Positions 12,324 through 25,500 of a stretch of DNA of 64,000 nt are shown here, piece after piece (the stretch's first letter is position 1; each line of letters begins with the position of its first letter). Below the pieces are notes generated by a model that worked only from the letters and a program-made list of their open reading frames with translations, was not told where the DNA came from and made no database searches. Origin of the DNA: Enoplolaimus lenunculus. Lineage: Eukaryota. The DNA lies in assembly GCA_030248215.1 (NCBI GenBank), contig JASANG010001649.1:1-64000 (forward strand). The letters are read 5' to 3'. Position numbers and translations under genes: made by a program.

Positions 12324-13500
12324 ATGCAGTTACCAGTCAAAACTTTGCATGTGATACGGCTCGATTCTAAACGATTTTTGCTGTATGGTGAGTGACTTTT
12401 CAAAAGTCTTCATGGTTACTGTATTCCCTAGTTTAAGATAACGCTGATAACCGAGTAGTTTGTCTTTGTACTATCAATCAGTTTGACATTACCAAAGAAA
12501 CTAACTGAATTGTGTGTTTCTTTTACTTCTTTTACCTTCGTATTAGAAAAAATGTGGTAGAATATTTCCCTGAGGTACTTATACTGAATATTGCCGCTTT
12601 AAAGGAACTAAATCGAAAATGCGGGACAACGTTCAGCGCAGACATTCAGCTGAAAATTTTACATGATTTGTAAGCACTGCCTAAGCCTACGCGGAAAAGT
12701 TAGTCTAAAGCTTAAGCTTTTACTCAATTCCAGTCACACGGAATATACGTTCCGCCCTGACCTTTACATGGGCCTTTGCAAGTTAGTAATTTTATGTATT
12801 TTGTATTTTAGGTCAAGGCAACGTTTTAGTTTGTAGCAACTTTTTTAATACTTGTGATTCGACCGTTTGTGACGTAAAAATACTTCAAGAAACAGATATT
12901 CATGGAATCTGTTCGCAAGGTAAGTGTTAATTATAACTTTTAGGAGCTAAAATGCTGTTTTTATTTCGATTTAGGTTGGAATACTTTTTTTGAATTGTTA
13001 CAAAAATGTTTACCCATTTTTGATTTAAATTTGTTCAAATAAATCACTGTGTTAATATACCGTGCAGTTTTATATTTATTGCAAGTTTGTTACCAAAGCA
13101 CACACTGGCTTTTGCATTCATTCCCTTGTAGTTTTCAAAATTTTTAGATTTTGGCTTAACCTAGGCGGACTATTGAACAACCTGCAGCTTGTGCGGTGAA
13201 GCGTAGAACCTGTTCAACCTTAAATTTAAATTTGCAGCCTTTCGCTAATTGTGTGTGTGATAGGTTGCAGAAATTAAGCTAGTGTGCTATTGAAATGTTT
13301 TCGAACTGGCGTTGCATCTCGATGCAATCACCGAAACCTACTGTCGGAAAGTGAAATTTGAATGCATTTATATCATTTCTGGCTATAATAATAGTAATAT
13401 TAATAATAGTAATAATAATACGTAATAATAATAATAATAATAATACGTAATAATAATAATAATATAATAATAATAATAATGATAATAGTAATAATAATAC

Positions 13501-13535
<35 letters not shown>

Positions 13536-16500
13536 CATTATTTTGATGGCCCATGTAAAAATCAGGGAAACAACGTTATTCGGTGGGACTGAAATGAGTA
13601 AGCTTAAGCTTTTGACTGTTTTTTGTTTAGGCTTAGGTATGAGCTCATCCTTACACTTAGGCTTACGCTTAGGCTTATACTATTGTTCTTCTACTGTTCT
13701 ATACATTGGCGGTTTTGATTTAGGAAATTGGATCTTGGTATATGGCGGAAGGTATTTCGCTGTCATTAACACCGAAATGTTATTGCAGGGGTAAGTTTTA
13801 CACGTTTAAAAACGACAAGGACAACAATTGGTGTCCACAGCATTTGAACAAGTCGTGCAGGTTCTGAACTGTTGCGGCATCGCTTTAAATGTTACATACG
13901 TATTGTGCTTGAATGAATGAAATCGGATTTAACCTGTGCTTGGTTTAAGTTTGTTTTTTGGACTTTTTCGAAAATTCTGATTAGCAGTTATTTTTGCACG
14001 CGATTTGCACACAGCGAAGAACGTCATAGTTGAAGTTTTGAATGCGATTTACACAATTTTATTGAAAGGTTTTTCGTAAATATATATTTGCTTTACAAAT
14101 GTACAATGTGAATGCATCTCATATGGCGATTGGTATACTGAATCGAATTGGGATTTGATTTTTTAATCTAGGTCCTTCTAAGAGCCACACGCTGGGCTAT
14201 GGTCTAGCGCATGTTACTACTCTCCAAAAGTTTAAATTAACTTCATTTATGCTCATACTAATCCAGCAGAATTAAATTAAATTTATAGATTTACTAAGTT
14301 AACAGGTAGATTTATGTTTAAACTCATTGAAAATCTTACATATCTCAGGTTTAAGCTAAACATAATGGATTCTTAGATAAACATGATTTCTGGGCTGCAG
14401 TTGTTACTTAAACCAAAAATTAATGTAAGCTACGCATAAGCTTATAACTGTAGTTCAGTTAGTCCGCCCAACCCTTTGTTTTACGTAAACTAATAATCGA
14501 GTTCAATAAAGCTATCATTTAAGATTAAGTTTCAGAGTGTAGGTTATGATTTATACGTCTTGTAAATTTCGAACCAAAGAATTAAAGTCAGCTAAAATCG
14601 CGGGACATTTTCTGTTGCAAACTCGAAATATTGCACACGTCTGCTTAACTTTTCAAGCACATTTCCTCAGCAGTAGTAGATTTAACTTTTATGAGCAGTT
14701 TTTTAATTTACTGTAGTGACCATAATAAAAGGGGTAATAAAAGAGGGTCTCCATTTTGAGTCCCAATCAGTAAAACTCCGTATTCTTAATAATAGTCCGT
14801 AAAAGCGGAGAGAATTTCTAAACCCTAACTAGAGTCCGTAAATGTCAATTATCCCTAATTGTAGTGCATAAATTAAGGACCAAATACAGTGGAACTCGAA
14901 CTTAAGTTATGAAAGTACATTCCTAAGTATAACCTTGCATTATCGCTCAAGTTTTTGATACAAGACAAGTAAACGTTTAATTCAACGGATAGTTGCAATA
15001 CCGGATATATCAGTAACGATGGGCGGCGGAAGGCGGGTTAAAAATAAATAATCCGTAACCGAATAACAGGGTGGTTCCCTTTCGAGAGGCCAAATAACTA
15101 TCAGTCCCCCTGTCTTATTCGGGTCACTACAGTATGATAGATCTTCAAGTGCGCAAGCAATTAAATGTGTATCATCAGATGATAATGGTGTGGTTGACCA
15201 TACGACAGTTTGTAATGCAGTTTAGGCAAATGTGTTTGTTTTGCCATGTGTTGCGTTTACACTAAATGTCGACTTCAAAATGCTATTCAGTCGTTATCAT
15301 TTGCGGGCAGCTTGTGTTGCTGTTAGCTCTTTGTCGTTTTATTTCCTATAACATAAAGTTACTTAATTAGGGTGGCGATATACTTGTATAAACCACCTAC
15401 GATACCGCACGGTGACGTACGGTTACGGCCGGCACCGAACGTCATCAAAAGTCGCCGAACGACATCAAAAGTCGCCGAACGTCATCAAAAGTCGCCGAAC
15501 GTCATCAAAAGTCGCCGAACGTCATCAAAAGTCGCCGAACGTCATCAAAAGTATAGGGCCCCTTACAAGTGATGATAGTATAGAGCTGTTTATGGCCTAT
15601 CGCCGGTTGCACAGTTTTTAATCGGTACAACGGCCGGTTATTGTGATTTTTCAATGTAAATTAGCCAGTGAACGTGGTGGAAACAAAGATTTTCTGATAA
15701 TTTGTTCATTTCGAAATTAATCTAGTTTACACTCAAATTGTTAGTTTTGAGTTAAGAAAGAATTTGAAGGGGCGTCGGCGAGCTTCGAATCCTTCTCAAT
15801 AAGAAATCCTGGATACGCTGCTGCACTCACTGCAGTACAATTTCAGCCAGGCGAACTTGACAATTGGATATGTTAGATTTGACATATATCGAATTATAAG
15901 TCATAATACTATCAGTATCTGGCTGTGGTATTTTTTGGTATCCACTCACACCCTGGTTGTGAAATAATATATATACTAACCTGATGATACCCGTCTTTCA
16001 TCGTGTTAATAATGTACAAAATAATTAAACTCCACGCTTCTTGTGTTGCCGGATTGCGTTGCGCTTTTGAGCCCCATTCGAGCGTTTTTTCGATCATTGA
16101 TTCAGCAAATATGTCCCATAGTTTTGGTGAAAATCCAGCGTTACGTTGTACGACATGCTTTGCACCTAACGCTACTAACATATTGTGAATTTGGGATAAA
16201 TCGTTCAAATTTCGCACTACTTTTTCGATCACAGATGTAAATCGGCTCGCGTGGAGTTTGAGTTCGACCCCGCGATATGCTGAATTGTGTTTTAGGGGGG
16301 TGGAGACAGGTGAAGCTGGAGCGGGTGGGCTAGACGTGCTCAAGTTATCGTTACTGCCGTGAGTGGACGCAGCCTGGGAGGAATGATGAGTCCTGGACGA
16401 AGGCCGTCGGCTGTCTGGCGATCGTGGTGTGGGCGCTGATGTCGGGTCTTGAAGCTCTTGAAAATATAAAAACCACCAATGGCAGATCCAGAAATTTCTA

Positions 16501-19500
16501 ATCGCGGGGGTCACGCAAGATATAGTAAGAGGAAATTTTGCGAGCGAAGCAAGCGACAAGTGACGCACAATTTTAGTTCTAAACCTTAATACAAAATTTT
16601 CGTTTTGACCCTGTTGGGTGCCTAGGCCGAGGTTTTCCACCCTTCGATCCGAATGTAAGAATCAGTTAAGAAGTTTTGTAATAGTTCAGGTTTTGTTGCT
16701 TAACTTAGTCCCTTGCGATTGCTCAAAAATAACGTTTAATGATTTTTTTGATGTCACCATTACTTTGAAATCAGTCTCGGAGCCAAATACAGAAGTTTGG
16801 CCAACCCATATATTCCACCAAAAACAAAGAGAACCAAACTTGATTTGAAAAATGTCCTCATGTTAACGATGTGTATACAATCTATTTACACGATCAATAA
16901 AAATATTAAACAGCATTAAGGCTTCCGACCCCGGTCCACTTAGGCCCGCGAGCTCAAAATGTGGGACCGAACAAGGGCCGGTTCCAACTCTGACTTGAAT
17001 TTTTGATTTTTACTGCAGCGAATCAAAATTTGAACTTAGTGACTTGCGTAGAAATGCAATCGGAACAAGATGTTCAAGACGCTCACTTGTAATATGCCAT
17101 TTTTGAAATGCAGGACCATCACCGCAAATATCCGGTAAGCTTATGTGGAATACAGGAAGCGGATACGCTGCGGATATCAGTCTTTGCCGTATATAAAGCG
17201 GGTACGGATATATCCAGTCGCAGTCTGATGAAAAATTGAAATTTTTGAGGTCGCTTCCCAAAAACAATTTAAATATTGATAATTAGACTGTGTTATTTCC
17301 GGTTTATCAAGCCGAACAGCCATGTGAGCGCGTGCTTAGCCAGGGTTTCAGTTAGGGTGGGTATAACCTTATGTATAAGACAATTTTTGAGTTCTTCGAT
17401 CAAGAAGACTATTCTAAAGTTTTTGACAGTAGTGGATTTAATAGCGATATCTTCTCTCTATCTCTGCCTTTGTGTACGCCGCTCGGCTTGAGTCCTCAGT
17501 CTTTTTTCCGTGAATTTTTGACGCAATGGATGAAAGACGTTTCAACGAAAACTTTGAGCATACACATACCTGAGTTGATGTACGTACTAGATTGCGATTT
17601 TGACATTTGTGACGGCAACGATAACCGTGACCCACTGTTTGTGCTGGCATTAGCTATGTGACCGGTGGTTGTAACTTTTGATGAGTTCGTGTCAACAAAA
17701 TTAAAAATTGTTTGAACTTCGGGCGCTTTGCGGATTACTGCTCGCAGGATTGAATAGCCAGGCTCCTCAGGGCCTTTCCGTCTAGCGCTGTCCCACAGTA
17801 CGTTGACCAGATGGATTTGAGCTCGGGTAAGTTGAACTTGACTCCCGGCTTGCTTGCTTAAACCATATTTGGGTTTAGTGCCGTTTGGGAGCTCGGATGG
17901 CGTACGTTTAGCGTGACGAGTCTCTTTGTCGGATTCACCGCCGCTCTCTGCGTTGCCCATAGTTTGAAATAGGTCTATGAATGGGTTTTATAATAGTTTT
18001 TTTTTAATTTAGATTTATATTCTAAAACAGATTCTATATAATATCAGTTACAATATTTTTCAGATGTTTTGAGAACGTAAACTTTTTTTACCTTAGCCTC
18101 TTCGTGTTGTTGAATTTAAACAGGGGTTTTTAAACTGTGTTCAGCTCATATTATCAGTTAGCGGCAGGCAGGCGACGAATCAGCGGAACAAAGTCTACGT
18201 AATTTTGGTAAATTTAACAAAAATTTTTATTTTCATTCTTGTTGGGGCACCAGGAATGCTTGAGTGATACAGTTTAGCATCCGCCAGCGCTAGTGTGATG
18301 TATGTTTTGCGAGTTTCCATGATTTTAGATATTATAGTAGTTTTGATCGACATAATAGGACTGAACTGAACAGTGACGGATAGACAGATTTCAATTGTGA
18401 CACAGCAAAATTTCACACAATTAATAATATCACTGAAATCATTTTTGCGGTAGTAACAGCTTTGGCGCCGGTCTAATAGAAACAAAATTAGGATTTTTTT
18501 ATTGTTTTCTGGTTAACCAAATATGTTTCACCAACCAAAGCTAAACAACCTTTAATCGTAGCGCCAGGGACGCAGACATGACGATTTCGAAAGAGTCCGT
18601 GGACACCCTAAAATATTTCTGCCGGGTTTAACAACCTCAAATTATAGACAAAAATAGAATTCTTATCAAAGTAAGAAAATAGAATCTGTGTACAGCATCT
18701 AGCTTTTGAATGACTATGTTTCGATGGAAAGGCTGTTGTTCGACCAAGAGGTGTAAGTAGGTAAATGGTTTTTAGCTGATCATCGCTTTACTCGCGGAAA
18801 TTTAACTTTTTTACCCATTGGTATACCAGCGCAAAATTTTTTACCGGACCCGCGTTTACCTTCGGGAAACTTTGGTTCGAACGTTTGTTATTGAAACTGT
18901 GCAAGTATCCTTTTGAAGTACAGCCAATAGTTTCTGTTTCTGGTTGAATCTTCAACTAAAATATCAAATCAAACAAACCTACGCCTCCGCAAAATGCTGA
19001 AAACAATCTTGGTATTATGGTTTTTACCATTCAGCAATAATTTCTTTTGCGACCGGAACCTTGTTTGTTTTCAATTAATATTAAACTAAAATAACAAGGT
19101 TTGACACATTGAAAAGATTAATGTTGGCTTTAATATCACCGATCATATCTTATTACTAGAATAACGTATCGAGTTAAGTTTCTTGAAAATAAGGCGGATA
19201 AAAAACATATCGCGCAAATGACTTATTTTGGCACAGCTGAGATGAACTGAATTTTAAAGTTTATTTTTAAATTTATGTCATGCGAGGATAGGACGTCTGT
19301 AACTTAAAATTAGTACAATGCGAAAAATTGTAAACAAATGGATAAAACAAAAATAATTGGATGTTAAAGCTACACTAGCTCGCTAATTACGACTCTGGTC
19401 ATCGTAATGTTTGTCTTAGTAGATATGGATTTTATTAAATTTTTTGGCATAGCCCAATATGTTGAGCAACTTACGTACCTGGTTAAAAGTAAGGGCCAAT

Positions 19501-22500
19501 GTATAGAACAGGACCGTAACAGTAGTATAAACGTATTGCTAAGCCTAAACCTAATCGTAAGCGTAATCATAAACCTATACCGAAGTCGAAGCCTAAGTAA
19601 GAAAATTAGTCTAAACCTTTAGCTTACTCTATTGCAGTCCCACGTAAAAACGATCCGCCTTTGAACTTTACATAGTTCAAAGTAAGATATGCATCTAACT
19701 GGTAACAAGTGTTTTACAAGTGTAGTAGAGTTTTTAAGGTTGATGAGTGATTCAACGAATATGGTTGCGACAAAGGTTGCAGATTGGATTTCCGTTGGAA
19801 AAATTATGAATTTCGATGAGGTATAGATTTTTTGTAACTGTCGCTGTTTTTAAAATGACACAACTCTCGTAATAAAATCGGTCGCAATTTAATATTTTAA
19901 TACCAGATGTGTAAGGGTTGCGCTATACTCTTGTTGTCGTGCGGTGCCGTCCGTCACCCACACGCTAACGTCCGGCGCCGTCCGTCAACCGTACGGCGCC
20001 GTCCGTCACCATGCGGTATCGTGTGCAAACAACTTACGTACGATAACGTATTGTGACGGACGGTGACGGACAGCACCGTACGGGTAACGCACGGTGACGG
20101 ACGACGCCATATGGTTCAGGCACGGTGATGGACGGCGCCGGACGTCAAGTATAGCGCAACCCTAACTTGTGATTTTGTATAAGATTTTTTTAGAAATGTC
20201 TGCTTTGATGTATGATACAGTTTGTCGGTATATGTGCACGGTAAAGTGTATGTAAAGGAAAAAGATGTAATACATGTGCACAAATCGCGGAAGACGAAGT
20301 TGTCGCAATCGACCACATGGTGTAGTGGTAGCTTGCATGAGTCGAGTGCAAGAGGGTCAAGGTTCGATTCCCGGCGTGGTCCTTAACTTGTGCAAAACTT
20401 CATACAGCAGTTGCGCACAGACCGTATAGATTCAACACAAGTTTGCCACTAGTATGGTACCAATATTAACACTGATAAACCTTACCTGGTATACCCAACG
20501 TTTCATTTCAAATGTAGCCTAAGCCCCCCCCCCCACTGTGAAGACGCCCTTGAGCAAATAGAAGCCGTCATGTGAGCGTAAATATTTTAGATTGTTCTGC
20601 TGACAGCTCATAATTTAGCACTGCGGTACAAATTTGACTCTGACACGAAGAGATGGTTCGTGGCTGATCGCCAACAATGTGATGAGAATTGCATTTTGTA
20701 AGTTGAATTTCACATAGCGTTTTTATCAGGGTCGCATACGGCAAGAGATAGGGACGATATATCCCCAAAGTTTCTGTAAAGGATTGGTAAAGGCACTTTT
20801 ACAAGCTGAAGAATAACCTTCACCCATGCAGAGGTCTAAACATTTTTGTCGCTCGCTACGTTCGCTCGCAATCAACTTTTAGGCGTGGTTATCGATTCCT
20901 GAAATGAAATCTTGGTGGCTACGCATTTGGCTTATATTGTTTATAAAGTAAAAATGGGTCACGATTCTAAAATGTTAAAACATCTGACTGCACCTACTTA
21001 AAGCTCAAAACGCAGACAATACACCTTCATTACGCGTAACAGCTTGGCGAATAAATATATACTATAATGACCCGAATAAGAGGGGGTAATAAGATGAGGG
21101 GTCCCCATTTTGAGTCCTAATCAATAGGAGTTCAGTTCGTATCCCTAGTAAGAGTCCGTAAGCAGATCGAGTCCCTTAACCCAAATTACAGGCAATAAAT
21201 GGCAATTATCCCTAGTTGTAGCGCATAAATGACTCGAGGACCAAATAAAGTTGTGTTCGAAACTTTAAAGCGTACTGAAATTTTGAAAGTAACATTCCAA
21301 AGTGTAGCTATGCATTATCACTCAAGCTTTTGATACAAGGCAAAAAACGTTTAATTCAGTGGATAGTTGCAGTACCAGATATATCAATAACAAAGGGTGG
21401 CGGACGGCGGGTTGAAAGTAAATAACAGTCAGTAACCGAATAACAAGAGGGGTACCCTCTAGAGCGGCCAAATAAATATCAGTCCCCCTATTATTCGGGT
21501 CACTACAGTACCCAAACCGAAATGAAACGTGACGGACAGAATAATTTTTTATTGCTGGAATTTGTTGACAATACTTAATTAATAAACTGTAATAGCGTTG
21601 AAATTACAGTTGAGCTTGGTTTTCACAAAAAATATGTAGCGTTAATCGTTTATTTTACATGATTTTTGGCACCCTGGTGTTAGATGGATATTGATAGAAA
21701 CAGACCTCGAGATATTCAGACACAGTTGGTCCGTTACACAGTCTCTAAACTCTGGTGTTACTTCCACACTTCAGGGGAAAACAAATAACTAAAAGTGTAA
21801 TGTATATATTATATTGGTTATTTGACTATTGCCGAAATATTCTCATGACCCTTAAATTAACCTTCGTGTAGAGCTTTACTAGACCCGTTGTATACTATAT
21901 TCATAGCATAATAGAGTTATAGAGTCATTGGACACACCATATACTCACTACAGGTTTATGAATTATTAGGCAGTGAAATAATTATTTTTTTATCCTTTTT
22001 CCCCTACTTTCTTAAACCTTCATAGTTTTGTACTCTCAGAACTACTTCAAAATAAACAAGAAACCAGCTTTTACCTGCTAGTATGATTAAACAATGTTTA
22101 ATTTCACACCTTTACAAACAACTGTCAACACGTATGCACGTACATGGGCGTAGCCAGTACTTTGGCAAGGGTTAGGGTCATATCTTATAAAAATTTCTAA
22201 AAAGGGTTTCTTGTGTTACCCACTGATATAATGTCTAGCCCCTGGACTAAAAACCCAAAGCGGTTTGATCTTTGAACCATCATCTGGCTGCACGTACGTT
22301 TGGGAAAAAGCCTACACCGTACAGTTTGAAATTGCAAAATGAACCTCACTTAATTAGGTTGCTGGTTTTTGAAAACGTACGGTTGTGGCCACCGGTGAGT
22401 TGAAAGGAAAACGAACTATATTAATTAGGGTACAGTGTCGTCGAACTAAACTGCAATTTTAGCTCTCTAAAATATACTAAAGTTTCTGCTCGCTAACAAA

Positions 22501-25500
22501 TTATCGGGCGTAACATTTATATGCTACATTCTTCATTATTTCAAAAAGTCACTACAGCTTTGTTCAGTTTTTGTCTAATTATTTTCAATGGGAATTGCGT
22601 TTGGATTCGGTTAAACCGTATTTCTAATCACAAAACCAAGGAGTAGTACTGTAGTGACCCGAATAAGAAGGGGACTGATATTTTTGGCCTCTCCAGAAGG
22701 TACCCCCTGTTATTCGGTTACTGACTGTTATTTTCAACTCACACTCCGCTACCTTTCGTTACTAATATATATCCGGTACTGCAATTATCCGTTGAATTGA
22801 ACGTTTATTTGTCTTGTATCAAAAGTTTACGAATTTACTTGTAAATCTAAAGTATGTTTTTAAGTTTCGAACTAAACTTTATTTGGTCCTGGAGTTATTA
22901 TGCACTGCAATTAGGGCCAATTGATATTTATGGATTAGGGTTTAGGGACTATCCGTTCACGCACTCTTATTAGGAATCCAGAATCCTATTGATTGGCACT
23001 CAAAATGGGCACCCTTCCTCTTGTTCAGGTCACTACAGTATCTATCAGAGGTGAACCCGGCCTAGAAAAGTGCTACCAAGCCGGGCCGGTCACCCACTCA
23101 GAGTGGACCATTTTCTGCGTTTACCCGCGAGTAAACGTGGGTCGGGTAAAGAATTTCAGGCGCGGGTATACCCGCTGGTAAAGATTTTTATCACGCGGGA
23201 AAAAATTTATAGATTTTTACCCCGGCAAACTTTTAAGTTTTAAGGTGGAAAACTTACGTTATTGTCTGTTTTATTTCTGATCACGTGCAGTCCGTGCTTT
23301 ATTTAGTTGGGTTTGAAATTTTGTTATTTCTATTAAAATTTCATTTGTAAAATTCATTGAAGCTATATCACAAAACTTCATTAAAGCGCAAATCACCATC
23401 GATCTTTAAAATACTGGTTTGCATTCAGATGCGGGTAAAAGGTGGGTTGTGGGTAGATCTTATTTGCACGGGTATCCCGCGCGTAAAAATTTTCATTTGC
23501 GTGGGTAAAGCGCGGGTCGGGTAAAAAATCCTGACCCACCACAACCAGCCGGCCGGGCTGGCCGACGTTTTTCAGTTACTTTTTTACTGCAAGAAACGCT
23601 TCTCACGTCATAAATTTCAATAAACCGTTTCGCCACAGCTGAACTTTATTGTAGTACAAAATTTTTGCTATCAAGAACATGTTTGCGGCCGTTCCACCTC
23701 GGATATATATTCTTTCAGAACTATATAACATTAAAAATGACGTAATATTTAGTTCGCCTGACATTGACATCATGTACAGCTAATTGTAGGTAAAAGAAAG
23801 CCTATAAAACAAAGAACACACATTGTATTAAATCATTCAGTAGCTATTAGCAAAGAAAGGAATGGTATCCGGAAGCAGTCAACTTATTAGCCATGGGTTC
23901 AGTCATGATTTCAGAAAGGAGGATTACGTTTTTTAAAAGTCTGAAAGGGGTGTTTGAAGTGGTGTGAACTGAAATCGAGTCTGAAAACCCCAGTCAAATC
24001 CCAAAGGGGAAGGGATTTGACACCTGAACCCCCTGCATATGACAGGAATGTGAGAGGGTGGTTCGAATGAGTTACCAACAAGCACGGATTGATGTTCAGG
24101 ACATGACATACGTATATTTTCGCGGCCAGTGTATAGAACAGGACCGTTACAGTAGTATGAGCATATACCCTAAGCCTAAGCATAACTTTAAGAGTAAGAA
24201 TGAGCTTATACCTACTAAGCCTAAGTCTAAGCGAAAAAGTCTACAGCTTAAGCTTGCTCTGTTGAAGTCCCGCAAAAACACGTTCCGCCACTGATCTTTA
24301 CGTGGGAAGACCCGCAAAAACACGTTCCGCCACTGATCTTTACGTGGGCCTATTTTTCAAGGGCTGCCTATACCAAATAAGGTAAAAAATTGAACACTTT
24401 GAAACAGTAAATCAAAACGAAATCTGATACAACGGTGTTTTATAAATAATCACGCGATGGAGGGTTATGTTATCCGCGCTGTAGGGACGTACCGAGAAAA
24501 AGTCAATTGGGGACACCACTCCCACCTCAATCGAAATATTTTTGACTCAGATACAAGAATTGTCTTATTGAATGTTCGCTAACGATCTGACGGTTCTAAA
24601 TTAAGAGAAAGTTAATTTTGGTCTTTTTTCTGTGCCAGTTAACGAATCAAATTTGTTACGTATGGCACAGCCAGAATTCATGTATATGGAAACCCCCTAG
24701 AACTCATGTATATTTAAACCTAGTATAGCCGTAGCCAGAGGATCCGTCCCCCCAACGGTGCCATGGCATCCGCCAATGGTTTTGAAAAAAATTATTTCGT
24801 TTTAGAAAATAAATTTGAATTTGAAGTGTAAACTTAAAAATGTTACATACATATGGCCTGGCACTCGTCAAACCAGAATGCTGCCTACGTTCGTACGGCA
24901 TATCGTATACGTTTTTAAACGAAACATACATACGGTTCGCTTTAAGATCCTGAACCTGATAATAACGTGATCGAAAATGAAACCAGACACCGGGCAGGTT
25001 TTCATTACGATGGCGGGCATTATTTATAAGGAATTTGATGTTGGAGCCGTGGGGTTTGTATACCAGTTTACGGTTCCAAATTGCCCGAAAAAATAAAGTG
25101 GACTGCTGCAACGGGTTGAAATTTTGATAGAATAAATTAAGCATCAACTCGGATGGGCTTCGGGCACTTTATAGGCGAAAATGGGTCACGTTTTAAAAAA
25201 TCTTCGAAGGGGTCTCTGATGTTGTCAACGAAAAATCTTTATAGCACCCGTAGACATAAAGACCAATAATGATGGGTACTGGGTCACTACTACAGATCGA
25301 TAGGATCTATGCGGTTCCAGTAAAACCGGCATCCGGTGGCGGTTTCAAGTAGTTACCTATCGGATACAGGATATTTGCCGTTGTGCTCCCGATTACCATG
25401 AAGAGACCAGTCTCAGAACAAATCAAGGATTTAAGTTTTTAATGATGAAGTGAAATTAAAAATGCAATGTAACAAACTTTAAAATCAGTATACACATACT

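Noticed and set aside
13279..13554. Poly-Tyr/Leu ORF
   Set aside because: Translation of the (TAA)n microsatellite.
14100..14160. GDWYTESNW resembling the WDR6 DW motif
   Set aside because: No AG acceptor between the upstream in-frame stop and the motif.
16457..16640. N-terminal part of ORF 15912-16640 as globin sequence
   Set aside because: Upstream of the 16456 acceptor and contains a GCGAGCGAAGC repeat motif, so it is intronic read-through.
20311..20381. Functional tRNA-Asp(GTC)
   Set aside because: The anticodon loop lacks U33 and the T stem is mismatched; treated as a pseudo-tRNA or SINE head.
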